Under the pieces are notes generated by a model. It saw nothing but the letters and a program-made list of their open reading frames with translations, did no database searches and was not told the DNA's origin. From NCBI RefSeq assembly GCF_009914755.1, contig NC_060928.1: a stretch of 64,000 nucleotides of DNA. One strand, given 5' to 3'. Every line of letters starts with the position of its first letter. Positions within the stretch are counted from its first letter, which is position 1. The translations under genes and the position numbers were made by a program. This DNA is from the human T2T-CHM13v2.0 reference genome, Homo sapiens. Positions 1 to 13,419 of this stretch are shown one piece after another.

Positions 1-909
1 TTCATTAACTTAGAAGTTTGCAAGATCATGGTCTGATCATTGATAACTATTGTTAAAACTTTTAGCAGAAGGAAAGTTATTTCAACTCAAAAAATTAAAG
101 CTATGAACACTTAAGTTTAAAGTCATCACAGTTTTCAAAATATCCCCAATAATTTACCTGTTGTACATTTTGATTCTGAAATACTTACAGAAATATTTTA
201 CATTTATATTACACTTTGAATTTTACAGCAACTTTCCTGGTTTCAAAGCACTGTGATGCTTACAATAATCATATGAGTAAAAACGATGTGTAACCTTTTG
301 TTTCCAAGTGGGGAAATATGTTTTCTGAGAAACCACTTGACTTTGCAGAATGAGAGGCATTGTTCAGGACAAACTCAGTACTAATCCTAGCACTAATTAT
401 CTCTCCACTACAACCAGTAGGTTCCCAAGCAGTTGCCTTCAAAATTTATGACCAAGTAGTGACTTTGAAGATCCTAATAACCTAGGTATGTTTAAATGTA
501 CAAAGGTAGGTGTCCCATCACTACAGTTCCTGACGCAATAAACAATTTCAATAGCAATCATTGGTCACTAGTTTCACACCCCTTTTCATTCACTATTCTT
601 TCTCATAAAACCATTACTTGAGTCGATATGGCAGTCTCTATTTTAGAACAGAAAGAAATAAACTGAGCCACTTGTGTTAAGTTCACAAAATAGGTCAGTG
701 ACAGAGCTGGCACTAAAATTTAAAAATACCAAATCCTTATCCAGCTGCTTTAACTGAGTAACTCTATTTTTATAAAACTCATTCTACTTATTATAACAGG
801 TTTATGGTGCTACAGACCTTATATAAGTACATATTCCACATGTATATGCATACACACTTATAAAATATTTGATTTTATATACTTGAATTATGAAATATTA
901 TATTTTCAG

Positions 910-970
910 TCAACTTGTAGGATAGAAAATTTCCTTTTCCTCAACTTGTAGTATAGAAAATTCCCTTTTA
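910..970. repeat. 31-bp tandem duplication (2 copies)
   Basis: tcaacttgtaggatagaaaatttcctttt is followed by tcaacttgtagtatagaaaattccctttt. Confidence 0.85.
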
Positions 971-982
971 CTTCCTATCTAC

Positions 983-1006
983 AAAAAAAAAAAAAAAAAA
1001 AAAAAA
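983..1006 (+). repeat. poly(A)24
   Basis: Uninterrupted A run with no retroelement body directly upstream. Confidence 0.95.
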
Positions 1007-1135
1007 CAAGAACTGAAAAAGTTTCTCCTCATTTTTTTTTTAATTAAAAAAATACACCCTGTTCTAGACATGCCTTTGGTGTCCATGGAGCTATGCAAGC
1101 TCTTAGGTAATATATCGCAAAGTAAGAGGAGAAGT

Positions 1136-1187
1136 TTATAAATGTGATAGATCTAAGGAAATTATAAATGTGATAGATCTAAGGAAA
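1136..1187. repeat. Perfect 26-bp tandem duplication
   Basis: ttataaatgtgatagatctaaggaaa x2. Confidence 0.95.
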
Positions 1188-2231
1188 TAAAAGATAATTA
1201 TAGCTTAGATATCAAGCATCATTTCAGAATATAAACAATGTGAGTTCAGGTTGTCTGGCTTCTTATCACTACCTAAGGGGAAAGTAATGACCCCTGTAAA
1301 CATCTAGTACCCATGAAACTGTAACAAAATGTTGTTTAGAGATGTCTACTGATTGTGAAATTAACTTCATGGAAAATAACTTAATGTATATCGCACCAAA
1401 GACAGAGGAAGCATAAAATATATAATATTGCAGTTACAGGCTACATAAAATCTTATTGGCTCAGTGATAAATACTTGCACTCCAGCGATTTTACTGTTTT
1501 ACTGACTACCTTCTTTGGGAATGTTTACAAAATACATGGACAACTTATTAATCATTTTAAAATACAGTAATTTTAAATCTAGTAGCATGAAATTGTGTGC
1601 AAAGCAGTCACTCTGAAAAGTTTTTAATTAATGGGATAATTTTCCAGTCAAAAACTATCTTGCCTAAATAAAGTTCCCTGTATACAGAGAAAATATTTAC
1701 AAGGCACATGAAGACTAGAAGGCTCTTGTCCAGAAATTAATGTTATACAATAAAAAGTGTTTTTGCTTGTGATGCTAATCACATTTTAAAATACATTGGT
1801 GTTTATATTAAATATTGAATAGCAAGCTTTTATTATTTATGACAGATATCTGCATTTACTTCTTCTGGTTCCTGAATTTTTAAATATTTTTTGTGATTTT
1901 TAGTTCTTATTTCTGCCAATCAGATTCTACCGTGGTGTTACTGGTTCACAAGGATGTCAATGAGCTATTTAGTTTTCCATTTAATACTCATGTGATTAAT
2001 TTGGGATGATGAGGATGTGCTTATTTCATAAATGAATTATTCATGCCAAAGACAGTATTACCCATGAATATAAGCAAGTAATATTAAGCAAGGAAGGGTT
2101 ATGACCATAAAGCCATCATACTTAAAATCTAAAGACAGAAAAGAGGAAGAAGTAAATTTCAAAAAATGCAATTAGTTGAACAATGAAAATATATAGATTT
2201 ACATATATATAATTTCCCCTCAAGTAGTGTC

Positions 2232-2742
2232 ATATGTACGCATATATATGTATATGCATATACATATATATGCATACATATGTATATGCATATACATATA
2301 TATGCATACATATATATGCATACATGTATATATATACATATATGCATATACATGCATATACATATACATGCATACATGTGTATATATGCATACATATACA
2401 TGCATACATGTGTATATATGCATACATATATACATCTTGCCTATATATGTATACATATATATACATACGTAGATACATATACATATATAGATATACATAT
2501 ATGTATATACATATATACATATACATATATACCTATACATATATACCTATACATATATACATTTACATGTATACATATATACATATACATGTACATATAT
2601 ACATATACCCATATATACATATATACATAAACATATATACATATACATATATACATAAACATATATACATATATACATACATAGGATATGTATGTGTATA
2701 TACATATGATAGGATATGTATGTGTGTGTATATATATATATG
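2232..2742. repeat. Compound (TA/CA/TG)n low-complexity microsatellite, about 510 bp
   Basis: Alternating purine-pyrimidine units (tatatgca, tacata, tatac); source of the spurious Y/I/H/M/C-rich ORFs. Confidence 0.95.
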
Positions 2743-2795
2743 TAATTTCCCCTTAAGTATCATAAATAACTTGTGACACCTCACAAATGTCATTT

Positions 2796-2856
2796 CTCAA
2801 ACTCCTAGGGCTCAATTGATCCTCCTGACTCAGCCTTCCAATACTGCTAGTATTAA
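2796..2856 (-). mobile_element. Alu/FLAM left-arm fragment
   Basis: tctcaaactcctagggctcaattgatcctcctgactcagcc matches antisense Alu left arm. Confidence 0.7.
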
Positions 2857-2938
2857 AGGAATGATATAACTGTTGTGAAAACTCTTATTAAACAATAGAT
2901 TTGTAGTTTAATACACTCTAATTAAACCACAAATCTCA

Positions 2939-3233
<295 letters not shown>

Positions 3234-3569
3234 CACAAATCTCATTTCTATGGATTTAAATACTTATTATACCACTGCGATTTTATGCTCCCTCTATTCA
3301 CTATCACCTCATCCCACTCAATCTTCAAAACTGAATTCAGCCTTCTCATCTATATTTCAGATGTAATCAACTCCAAAATTGTGATTCGTGTTCTCTTCAA
3401 AGCAAATTCTTTCTGATTGGAAAGGTAGAACAATAGACACTTTGGACCATATTGTTTTTATTTCGAGCCTGGATGATGATGTTGATGAATACAGCCACAA
3501 AGAAGCAAGCCAAAAAAGCACTGTCTCTGTCTTTTCTCATTTATGAAATAGATATTATTATGTATGTTT

Positions 3570-3680
3570 CCCCATTGAGGAAACAATGCTTCAGAGAAAA
3601 TATGTAACGTCATTATTATGCTGTCATCAGTGTGACATAGACTCAGTATTTGAACTAAGTCTCCTTAGCCCAAAGTTGTT
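3570..3680 (-). mobile_element. MIR SINE fragment
   Basis: gaggaaacaatgcttcagaga...tttgaactaagtctcc resembles the MIR core. Confidence 0.5.
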
Positions 3681-4469
3681 TTATTTTTACCGTGTTGACT
3701 TATTTCTGAGGAATTACACATTAAGATCAAACATGCTGGATTGAATAAGTATATTTCTGTTTGCTGCCTCCAAAATCCCACGGAGATTATAGTAAAGGGA
3801 ATATTATCAAAATCAGAAATTCAAGAAGATAGAGGAAAGGAAGAGACAATACATAACAGAAGTAAATGTATGGAAAATTAAGAGGAGATGTAGGGTAACT
3901 AATATGGCAGAAAGGAAAGTTCAAACTCCTGCTGGAATTCCCAGACTAGATTAAGGCCAAAGTGTGGGTCAGGGTTTAAAAAGTAGTTATGACTGAAAAC
4001 TTGAAAAAGATTTAAAACTTACAAAATTCCCCATAAATTCCTTTCCCTAATTTTCCCATTTAGGCAATTACTCTATTTCAGCCTAGCAGAAGACCACAGT
4101 TTCAGGGGAAAAAATGAAGCTGAAAAAATGTAGTGTAGGGAGAATAAGCACAGTTTAGGGTAGAAGAGATGTGCTATCCTGAAAAGTGGACACGGAGAAT
4201 TCACATCTGAATGTGAATTCCCTGGCCCACCTAAGCCCCTAAACTCTCAGAATGCTGTCTAGGAAGTTCACACCACATCAACACCACCAAAGCTATACCT
4301 ACTCTGCCCCAGTCATGAAACTGGAGGATTCCTCTCTGGAATAACTGATCAGCCCAGAAAAAAAGCCCTGTAGAATTTTCAATTCAGTCCCTCAGGGAAA
4401 CAGCAGTCTCTGCCCAATCATTCTGTGGCCTTTCGTATATTCATTGGCTTGTTTTATCTTTTTTTTCTA

Positions 4470-4580
4470 GTTTTATTGCAGTATAATTGGCAAATAAAAA
4501 TTGAATATATTTAGGATGTACAAGGTGACCATTTGATACATGCAGATGTTGTGAAATGATTACCAGAATCGAGTTAACTT
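4470..4580 (-). mobile_element. Old L1 (L1MA/MB) 3' end fragment
   Basis: ttattgcagtataattggcaaataaaaattg...tgtgaaatgattacc motif. Confidence 0.65.
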
Positions 4581-4663
4581 GGCAATAATAGTATAGCCAC
4601 TTTAGCTTTCTTATCATTGCTGTTTGCATGGTCTATTTTTTCCATCCTTTCACTTTCACCCTC

Positions 4664-4955
4664 TTTGTTTTTGTTTTGTTTTGAGACAGAGTCTCACACT
4701 GTCACCCAGGCTGGAGTGCAGTGGCACCATCACAGCTCACTGAAGCCTTAACTTCCCAAGCTCAAGCAATCCTCCCACCTCACCCTCACGAGTAGCTGGA
4801 CCACAGGTACATGCCTCTACGCCCAGTACTCTTTATTTTTTGTAGAGACGGGCTCTCACCATTTTCCCAGACTGGTCTTGACCTCCTGGGCTCAAGCAAT
4901 CTGCCCACCTCAGCCTCCCAAAGTGCTTGGATTACAGGCATGAGCCACTGTACCG
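4664..4955 (-). mobile_element. AluJ element
   Basis: Antisense Alu with J-type motifs (atcacagctcac, gctcaagcaatcctcccacc). Confidence 0.9.
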
Positions 4956-5949
4956 AAATGACTTTCAACCCACTTGTATCTTTGAATCTAGAGTGTGTAT
5001 TACAAAGACACCATATAGTTAAATCCTGTTCTTTTTCTAAATTTAATCTAATAACACCTGACTTTTGATTTGATTTTTAATTCATTTATATTTAATGTTG
5101 TTATGACTATAGTCAGATATAAATGCCCTTTTACATTTGGTTTACTATAAGGATCATGCCATTTTTGCTCCACTTTTACTGTCTTTTTTTTTTAATCACA
5201 TGGATACTTCCTAGTAACATTTTAATTCCTTTAATAATTGTCAAATATATTTTTAAATGTTCTTAATGATTATGCCAAGACTTAAAATATATACATCTTA
5301 ATTTATCAAAGTCTACCACAAATTTTTATTATCTTGATTCCAGTGGAATATGAAAATTTTACACCTGTATAGCTACATTCCCCACGTTTTTGTGCTATTA
5401 TATTTATACATATTATATTTATGTATGTTACAAACCTGAAAATACAATGGTATAAGTATTTTATTTTGGAATCTTATATCTTTTTTTTAAAGATGAAAGA
5501 AGACATAAGAACAAATGCATATTTACAGAGTTTGTTATATTAATCTTCCTATTTATAACAGCTGATTTAAATTTTTTTATTCCTGTGGATACTAGTTACC
5601 ATATGGTGTCATATACTTATACCAATAACACTTTGCTCTCACCCACTCACTCTTTTTGTCAAATATTACATTTCTATGTGTTAAAAGCTCAACAATTTAT
5701 ATACATATTATTTTATCTAATTACTTTTAAATCAGTTTTTTAAAAAAGAATAAATATGCAGTTATAATGACTTGTATTGTTACCAATATAGTTGCTTTTA
5801 CTGGCACCCTTTTGCTTGTGTGTTGATTCAAATTACTGTCTGGTGTAACTTGCTTGCAGCCTGGAGAACATTCTTTACTTTTTAATAATTTTCTAAAGCG
5901 GAACTCCTACAAACAAATTTTGTGTTTTTGCCTATCTGGGAAATTCTTT

Positions 5950-6265
5950 CAATCATGTGTCATTTAAAAAATGGGATACAGTCTGAGAAATGTGTACTTA
6001 GGGAATTTCATTGTTGTAGGAACAAATTTCATTGTTGTGGGAATCTATACCTAGTCTAATGGTATAGCCTTTTGCTCCTAACCTGTACAGCATGTTACAG
6101 TACTAAATACTGTAAACAATTGTAATACAATGGTAAGTATTTATGTATCCAACTGTATCTAAATATAGAAAAGATATAGTAAAAATATAGTAATACATTT
6201 TTCATGAGACCACCTTAAGATGTGGTCCATCATTGACTGAAAATTCATTATGTGGCACTTGACTG
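5950..6265 (-). mobile_element. Tigger3a/MER7-type TcMar DNA transposon
   Basis: Degenerate CAGTCATG-like TIRs at both ends, TA after the right end, internal Tigger3 motifs. Confidence 0.8.
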
Positions 6266-6791
6266 TATTTTACCTTCATTTTAAAAAGATATTTTTGCTG
6301 GATATAAGATTGTTGGTTGAAAGCTTCATTGTAGTTTGTTTTGTTTTACATTTTCAGTGCTTTGAATGTATTGTCTCACTGCTTTCTGGCCTTCATAGTT
6401 TCAAAAGAGAAGTTAGTTGTTAATTTTATTGGGATTCCATTCATTGTAATGCCTCATCTTATTCTTATGGCTTTCAAATTTTGGCTTTTAATATTTTGAC
6501 TATGATGTGTCTGGGTGTGATTATCTTTGTATTTATTCTACTAGGAGTTAATTGGTCTTCTTGGATGTGTAGATTATTGTTTTTCATCAAGTTTGGGAAA
6601 TGTAAGGTAATATAGTCTTAGGGGTACTATTTTTAAAAGATGGTAAAGAAAGACCAATCTTTGGCTGTGAAATTTGGCCACAGGCATGAATTACGTGCTC
6701 ATGTACTTAAATAGCTCATGTACTCAGAGCTTTCAATCTGCTCTGTGGTGTTTCTCCCTTAAATAGCAGAAGGTGTAGCATGATCACCAGA

Positions 6792-7310
6792 TGTATTAGT
6801 GTTCTACTGTTGTGTAAGAAATTATCATATTATAAACTTAGAAGCTTAAAATGATATCCATTTATTGGCAGTTGATCCATGTTTCATTTTCCGGCCTACA
6901 GAACTATGAGCTAATAAATGTGTCTTAAAGACTAAAATCAAAATGCCAGTCAAGCTGTATGATTGGAGCCTGATTAGAGAATAATCTGTTTGTGAGATCA
7001 TTCAGGTAGTTGGTCACAATCAATCTCTTACAATATGGTTTTAGAACTGAGGTTCAAGTTTTCCTGCTGATTTTTTGGTTGGAGGAACTCTCAGCTATTT
7101 GAGACTAACCTCAGATCCTGGCCACAGACCAGTTTGCTTCTTCAGGACCAACAGAAGTATCCCTCTCTAGTCTGCCAAGATGGAGCACCGTACAATGTAA
7201 TTTAATTAACATAGCCAATCAAGGGAAAAACGACCCCATCATATTCATACACAAGGAGAGAGGTTTATATAAGGCAGGTATACCAGAGGCAGGAATCTTA
7301 ATTCTTCATG
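6792..7310 (-). mobile_element. MLT1 (ERVL-MaLR) solo LTR
   Basis: Starts tgtattagtgttctac...agcttaaaa; typical MLT1 internal motifs. Confidence 0.7.
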
Positions 7311-7426
7311 AACCACTGGATATTTCTACATATTTGAAAAATCCTTTGCTAATAAATTCATAGAAAATGAATAAGAAAGGAAAAGGAATCAGAGGAAATA
7401 GTGGTACAACATGAAGCAAACAAAAG

Positions 7427-7663
7427 TAGGTGGGAATTGAACAATGAGATCACATGGACACAGGAAGGGGAATATCACACTCTGGGGACTGTGGTGGGGT
7501 GGGGGGAGGGGGGAGGGATAGCATTGGGAGATATACCTAATGCTAGATGACCAGTTAGTGGGTGCAGCGCACCAGCATGGCACATGTATACATATGTAAC
7601 TAACCTGCACTATGTGCACATGTACCCTAAAACTTAAAGTATAATAAAAAAATAAAAAAAAAA
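7427..7663 (+). mobile_element. 5'-truncated L1PA2-like 3'UTR with poly(A)
   Basis: Young diagnostics gagatcac, gaatatcac, tgtggtgggg, cattgggaga, gctagatgac; non-Ta acttaaagt. Confidence 0.9.
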
Positions 7664-8249
7664 GATTTTTTTAAAAAAACCTATAATTAATATCTCCAGA
7701 AGGATAAGAAAATACCTTTTTTTCAAGAAACAAGAACAGGAAAGAATAAATAACATAATCAGAAGAGGATAAAGAGATATTTGAAACTAAAACTATGATA
7801 TTGAATATTAAAATCAATATCATATTTTGAAGGTAAAGAAAATATTCCAAAAAGCATGACAAATAAAAAATAGATATTAAATGAGAAAAAAACATAAGAC
7901 AATTAGAGTCACAATACAGTAACTCTAATATCTAAATGTTACCATTTCTAGGAAGAAAAAAATTAGAAAAGTAATTTAGGTAGGAAATAATACAAGAACA
8001 TTTTCCTGAATGAATAAAAATATTTCCAGATTAAAAAGACCTATCCAAACCCTTGTAAAACAAGTGAAAATACATTTACAACAAATCATATAATTATGTA
8101 AATTCTGGTAATACAGAGAAAATCCTAAAAGTTTTCAGTAATAAAAGTAAAAAAAAAATCACAGGAAATATCTGGTATCAGAATGGCATAGAACATCTCA
8201 ACCGCAGCACTAGAGATAGAGGAAAATGGATTAGTATCTCCAAAATTAT

Positions 8250-9022
8250 TGAAATGGGAGAGTTCCCTGAACCCCACCCCTCACCCCTCCCTCAGGGTGT
8301 GTGACAAGGGTGTGGCTTATCTTTTCTGCCACAGTGTGCTCAAACCCCTTACAGGAGGGGACACACGCAAATGGGCAGGTGCAGGAGCTGTGGTGAGCTC
8401 TTTTGGGCTCTGGCCACAAGGTAGCATCTAGGGTGGATGCCTGCAACTCCTGAAGCCCCAGTGGGAGTGTTACAGTGCTCTTTTACCTCTGCCATCTGCA
8501 GATGGCTTAAGCGTTAACCAGCTCAGTGTCCTCTTGGTACCCAGGTCCTTGTCTGACATTCAGGAAGAATCAGGTCCCATGGAGAAATTGAAGGATAGTA
8601 AATATGTGGGATTTTATTGCTGGATGGAGGTAGCTCTCAGAGGAATGGATGGGGAGCTAGAAAGGGGATGGAGTGGGAGATGATCTTCCACTGGAGTTCA
8701 GCTGTCCCACAGCTGATCTTCTCTCTGATCACCCCCAGCCGAACTCCTCTGAATGTTCAAATGCTCCTTCTCTTCTCTCCTTCTCTGTCATGCTGCTCTT
8801 CTTTTCCTCTGCTCCTCCACTCATCTGCTTGTGGAGCCTGGGATTTGGGGTTAATATGGGTATAGGATCGGGGGGCGGGGTGGGCCAAAAGGCAACATTT
8901 GGACATGAAAACAGAAATGCCTGTTCCCATTTAGGGCGGTGGGTTTCCAGGCTTGAGGGTGGGGCATTTGCTGGGGAACTGCCCTCTTCTACCCAGTATC
9001 TCCTTTCCTCCTGTCCATATCA
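8250..9022 (-). mobile_element. ERV1 solo LTR (LTR1/LTR27/MER52 group)
   Basis: TG...CA termini, 4-bp TSD ttat (8246-8249, 9023-9026); minus strand begins tgatatggacaggagg...gatactgggtagaagagggc. Confidence 0.85.
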
Positions 9023-9949
9023 TTATGAGGAAAGAATATTTGCAGTATAAACTCTTATATCCATCCCAAATATCAATCAGTGAAAGAATAGAATAAAAAC
9101 ATTTAAACATGCAATATCTAAAAAAAGTATAACTCTCATGCCACGTTTCTTAAGAATCTACCAAGCATGTGCTCCATTGAAATGTGGGAGTAAACCAAGA
9201 AAGAGGAGAAAATGATATTTTGAAACTAAGAGATTCAACACTACAGAAGAGAAAGGAAATATCCACAATTAAGGCAAAGGGAGATCTCAAAACAATATCT
9301 ATTCCAGCATTGAGAGCAATCTGTAATTTATAGGTAAAAACCTCCAGGAAAGATGACTTCAAGAATAAAAGTTATTCTTGAATAACTTGAAGAATAAAAG
9401 TTATCCACATTTATTCTAATGTGGATAAATGCATTGATAGGAGCATTACAGATTTGCCATAAATTTTGGAATGTATTAATGACAGATACATAGATGACTT
9501 TGTATTGCCCCTCTGAAAGACAATAAATAAATACCTACAATGGAAATGTAGAGAGTGGCCACAGGACACTTTATAAAAAGATAATATCATCATCATCATA
9601 ATAATAGATAATAATCATAGTTAGCTATGTGGCCCAACTTCAACATTATTCACAGGGTCATAATTAAGTAAATATTGAATGTTAATTTAAACCAGAAGTG
9701 TGGATATATAAATAATGAGAAGTGGGAGATGAAATTATTTATGTTTGAGGAAGGATGGTGTAAGAGAACTATGTTGGAAGTCATAGGTAAAATTTAAATT
9801 AGAAAAATCGAAGCATATCACTAGGAGTGTATTATTTCAAAATATACAGTTTATCAGCAGAAGAACCAGGAAAAAAAAAAGAAATCGGTGTTTGCCACCA
9901 TGGAATAGAACTAAGGGGAAGTCAGCATGTGTCCTTTGTTACTATAAAC

Positions 9950-10312
9950 AAAATTAATCCATTCGGACTTATATTACAAAGTGCTATAAACTGGAGAGCG
10001 TATAAACAACAGAAATGCATTTCTCCCACTTCTCAAGACTTGTAAGTCCAAGATCAAGGTGCAGGCTTATTTAATGTAGGGTGAGGTCCTGCTCTGTGGT
10101 TCATAGGTGGTGCCTTCTAGCTGTGTCCTTACATGGTGGAAGAGAGATATCTCTCTTGGGCTTCTTTTAGAAGGGCACTAATCCCATTCATGCAGGTTCC
10201 GCCCTTGTGATCTAATCACTGCATAAAGGCCTCATTTCCTAAACTGTCACTTTAGGAGTTAGGATTTCAACACATAATTTTTGGAGAAACACAAACATTC
10301 TGACTGTAGTGA
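9950..10312 (-). mobile_element. MLT1A-type MaLR solo LTR
   Basis: aaacaacagaaatgcatttctcc, gtccaagatcaaggtg, gggcactaatcccattcatg, acacaaacattc. Confidence 0.85.
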
Positions 10313-10529
10313 ATACTAATCTGGGGTGCATTTCTTAAAGAGAAACTTCCCTGTGTCCTAAAAATGAAGCTTCACCTCTCATGCTTAGAGTTGCAGCAAT
10401 TCATCATTCAGTTTTTGGAAACCCACTGTCATTAATCCTCCATGCTGAAGCAAGATAATTAATATAAAGCCTGCCACATGAAATGCATTCATGAAATGAT
10501 GGTTCCCTTCCCGTCTTCCTTCATTCTAT

Positions 10530-11190
10530 GTTAGATCATGTCATCCCTCTGCTTAAATTCCTGAATGGCTCTCTTTAGTTTTCACATACAATTTTTAAAG
10601 TGTACTTAGCACTCAAATGCCTTTGATATTTGACCGGTGTCCACTTTTCAAGACTCACCCTACTCGCTGCCCTCTGCCCCATACAGTCCCATCACCAGTC
10701 ATGCAATGAACCACTCATGATATTTAATTCCCCTGCACCTTTGCACTTGCCATTCACTCTGCTGGGAAGCATCTCCTTGACCAACTCCACGTCTCCGTCT
10801 ATATAACTCCCACCTTTTCTTCAAGTCTCCACACCAAATTCACTCTGTATAGATATTTTCCTGAATATTCATTCCCAAACAGCTCCTCTTCCTCTTTTTA
10901 GTATATTTTCTAGCACAATAAACAATATTAAAATCCACAGTTTCCCAAATTCTGCCTCGATGCTATTCAAGATTCCTTCTTCTCATCTATGTCCTATGTG
11001 AAATCAAAGACTAAATTCAGTGAATTCTACTGACAATATCTCCCCAAGCACATCTCTTTTCTCCTATCAACTGCCTGTCTCAATGTCAGTTTAGAACCGT
11101 ATCATTTCTCTAGAATATTATAGCATCCTGTGTCTTTATTTTCTGTCTTGCCTCCTGTTCTAATCCATTACCCATACAGTAGCTACAGTG
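10530..11190 (+). mobile_element. L2 LINE fragments
   Basis: gatcatgtcatccctctgcttaaa; cctttgcacttgccattcactctgctggga. Confidence 0.65.
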
Positions 11191-11444
11191 TGAAAAGAGT
11201 TGCATGTTTACTGCTTCCCTAGTTCACAGAGAAATTTCACACTGATTACATCTAGCTCCATCCTGTGCATGAAGCAAGGTTTTCCCTTCATTTTGCCATG
11301 ACCCACCAAGTTGCCTAAATCTCTACTTTCCATTCTAGTAGAGAGCTCAGTTAAAATTGTAAGGACCATCTGTTTCTGAGTTTTTTATAATCAATAGAAT
11401 GATAGGGTTGAGGGAAAGCAAAAGCTGAGGAAATGTCACTGTGT

Positions 11445-11755
<311 letters not shown>

Positions 11756-11861
11756 AGAAGTGCCACTTTGAATTGATGGTCCATAAGCTGACCACTGATG
11801 TATTTTAATTCTCTCTGCACAAGAAAGAGAGTCAGTTTCCAAGTAGCACCCTAGTACTTTA

Positions 11862-12036
11862 CAGCCTTACTACTCAAACCAGGGTTCATGGACCAGTAGC
11901 GGTGGCATCTTCTGGGATCTTGGAAGAAATAATGCAGATTTTCAAGGCTCATCCCAATCCTACTAAATTTAAAATATGCATTTTCACCATATATCAGGTG
12001 ACACACATGTACATTAAAATTTGAGAAACTACTCTC
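11862..12036. mobile_element. MER5A hAT-Charlie element
   Basis: tactcaaa...ggaccagtagc...atgcagatt...tttgagaaactact. Confidence 0.75.
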
Positions 12037-12768
12037 TAAACGAAGTTTCCTCTTCATCCACCCTCCCATCCTCACCCAGGCCCTGCTTCCTCCAAGATTA
12101 AATGTCTTTCTTTTTCAATTGCCATGGCCTCTTTCTCCATTCTCGCTTTGAACTTTATCTAGATTCTGAAAGCAGAAAAACATACTCTGCTATCATGCAT
12201 GTAAATCTTTGTTTGGAACCTTGGTCAGAAGGTTCTTTTGAGTCCTCATCTCTGTTTGTAATTCCAGAATCTGTGAGTCACACTCATCAGATTGATCTGG
12301 AAAGGGAAATGGCCCTCAGGGTACAGGTGAAAGGATTCTTTGAGTGCTAAGGGGCAGAGAACCTCACAGGAAACACCAGTTTAAATATGTGAAATTAATC
12401 CTAACACTTGAATATATTAAAATACAAATATATAAGCATGCCAAGTTATATCATAAAAAGCCTTCAGTGGTAATCTCAAGCTCTCAGGAGAACATTCTCT
12501 TCGAAATGGCTTTCAAGGCTGTGTTGAACATTTATTATTTTCATGGGCCATTTATTTTTCTTCTGATTTTTTTCTCGAAGCAACTATTATTCTCCCATTT
12601 TAGACCACCTGCTTCAGATAAAGCTGCTTCTATCTTTAGTTTCAGGGGTAGGCATGAAACCTAAAGCCAGCCAATCTGCACGTGGCCAGTGTGGCTAGAC
12701 AGCTATAGTCCCATGACCCAAGCCAAATCAGTCAGACTCAAAAATAATCACAGGACTTTCACCTTAAA

Positions 12769-13041
12769 AAGGGAGTTGGCAAACTTTTTTATTATTATTA
12801 TCATACTTTAAGTTTTAGGGTACACGTGCACAATGTGGCAAACGTTTTTGTAGCAGGCCAGATGGTAAATGGTCTAAGCTCTGAAGACCCAGCCACAAAC
12901 TGTCTCAATCACATATTTATATTTCTTTTGTTTGTTGGCTTACAAGTCTTGAAAATACTTGTTAAAATCTTAGCTTGCTAGTCTCATAATAAAAAGCTGT
13001 AGAACTGATTTGACCCTCAGGTCATAGTTCACCAACCTCTG
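12769..13041. mobile_element. MER58A hAT-Charlie element
   Basis: TIR-like gggagttggcaaact ... tagttcaccaacctctg; ggccagatggtaaat. Confidence 0.75.
12785..12837 (-). mobile_element. Ultra-short L1PA 3' terminus
   Basis: tactttaagttttagggtacacgtgcacaatgtg flanked by TSD gcaaac(t/g)ttttt. Confidence 0.85.
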
Positions 13042-13419
13042 CTAAATAATCAGGACAAAGGACTTGTCTTTTCTCCTGTATTAGAAACTGTGAGAAGGTA
13101 AGTCTTCCCACCATGAGAGGATAAATGCTTGGAGAAGAAGTCAGAGCAGAAGGATAGAGAAAGATAAGATCCTGAGAATTTTGTTTGAACTCTATCAGTT
13201 CTACTCCTGGACTTCTGAGCTGCAGGAACTTGGAAATGTTCTTTTTACTTCAGTTATTGTAGATAAGATTTTCTTTCACTTGTGACTAGCAAGAGTCCTA
13301 ATATACAGATCCTTCTTGTTCTTGTCCCCACTTAGTTCACCAGTATCAGTGCTTGTAATAACCCAGCCTCACACTCTGTGCTTTGGTCATGATTTCTCTT
13401 GAGTTTATAAATGAAACAT

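Larger units (their letters stand above)
4590..6600 (-). mobile_element. Ancient L1M (ORF1/ORF2 junction region), interrupted by AluJ and Tigger3
   Basis: Degenerate antisense L1 motifs (tttgcatggtctattttttccatcc; tttttgctggatataagatt; gatgtgtctgggtgtg). Confidence 0.65.
7330..9900 (+). mobile_element. HAL1/L1ME ORF1-like relic, interrupted by L1PA2 and an ERV1 LTR
   Basis: A-rich degenerate ORF1 motifs (aatacaagaacattttcctga; atcagaatggcatagaac; cttatatccatcccaaatatc) continue across the insertions. Confidence 0.55.
12600..13305 (+). mobile_element. Ancient ERVL LTR (LTR16-like), interrupted by MER58A
   Basis: caggggtaggcatgaaacctaaagccagccaatc ... tcacttgtgactagcaagagtcctaata. Confidence 0.55.

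Noticed and set aside
2159-2793. Eight overlapping ORFs up to 180 aa rich in Y/I/H/M/C
   Set aside because: Translation of a TA/CA microsatellite that lacks stop codons; not genes.
8617-9050. 82-aa and 125-aa ORFs
   Set aside because: Chance frames mostly within a GC-richer solo LTR.
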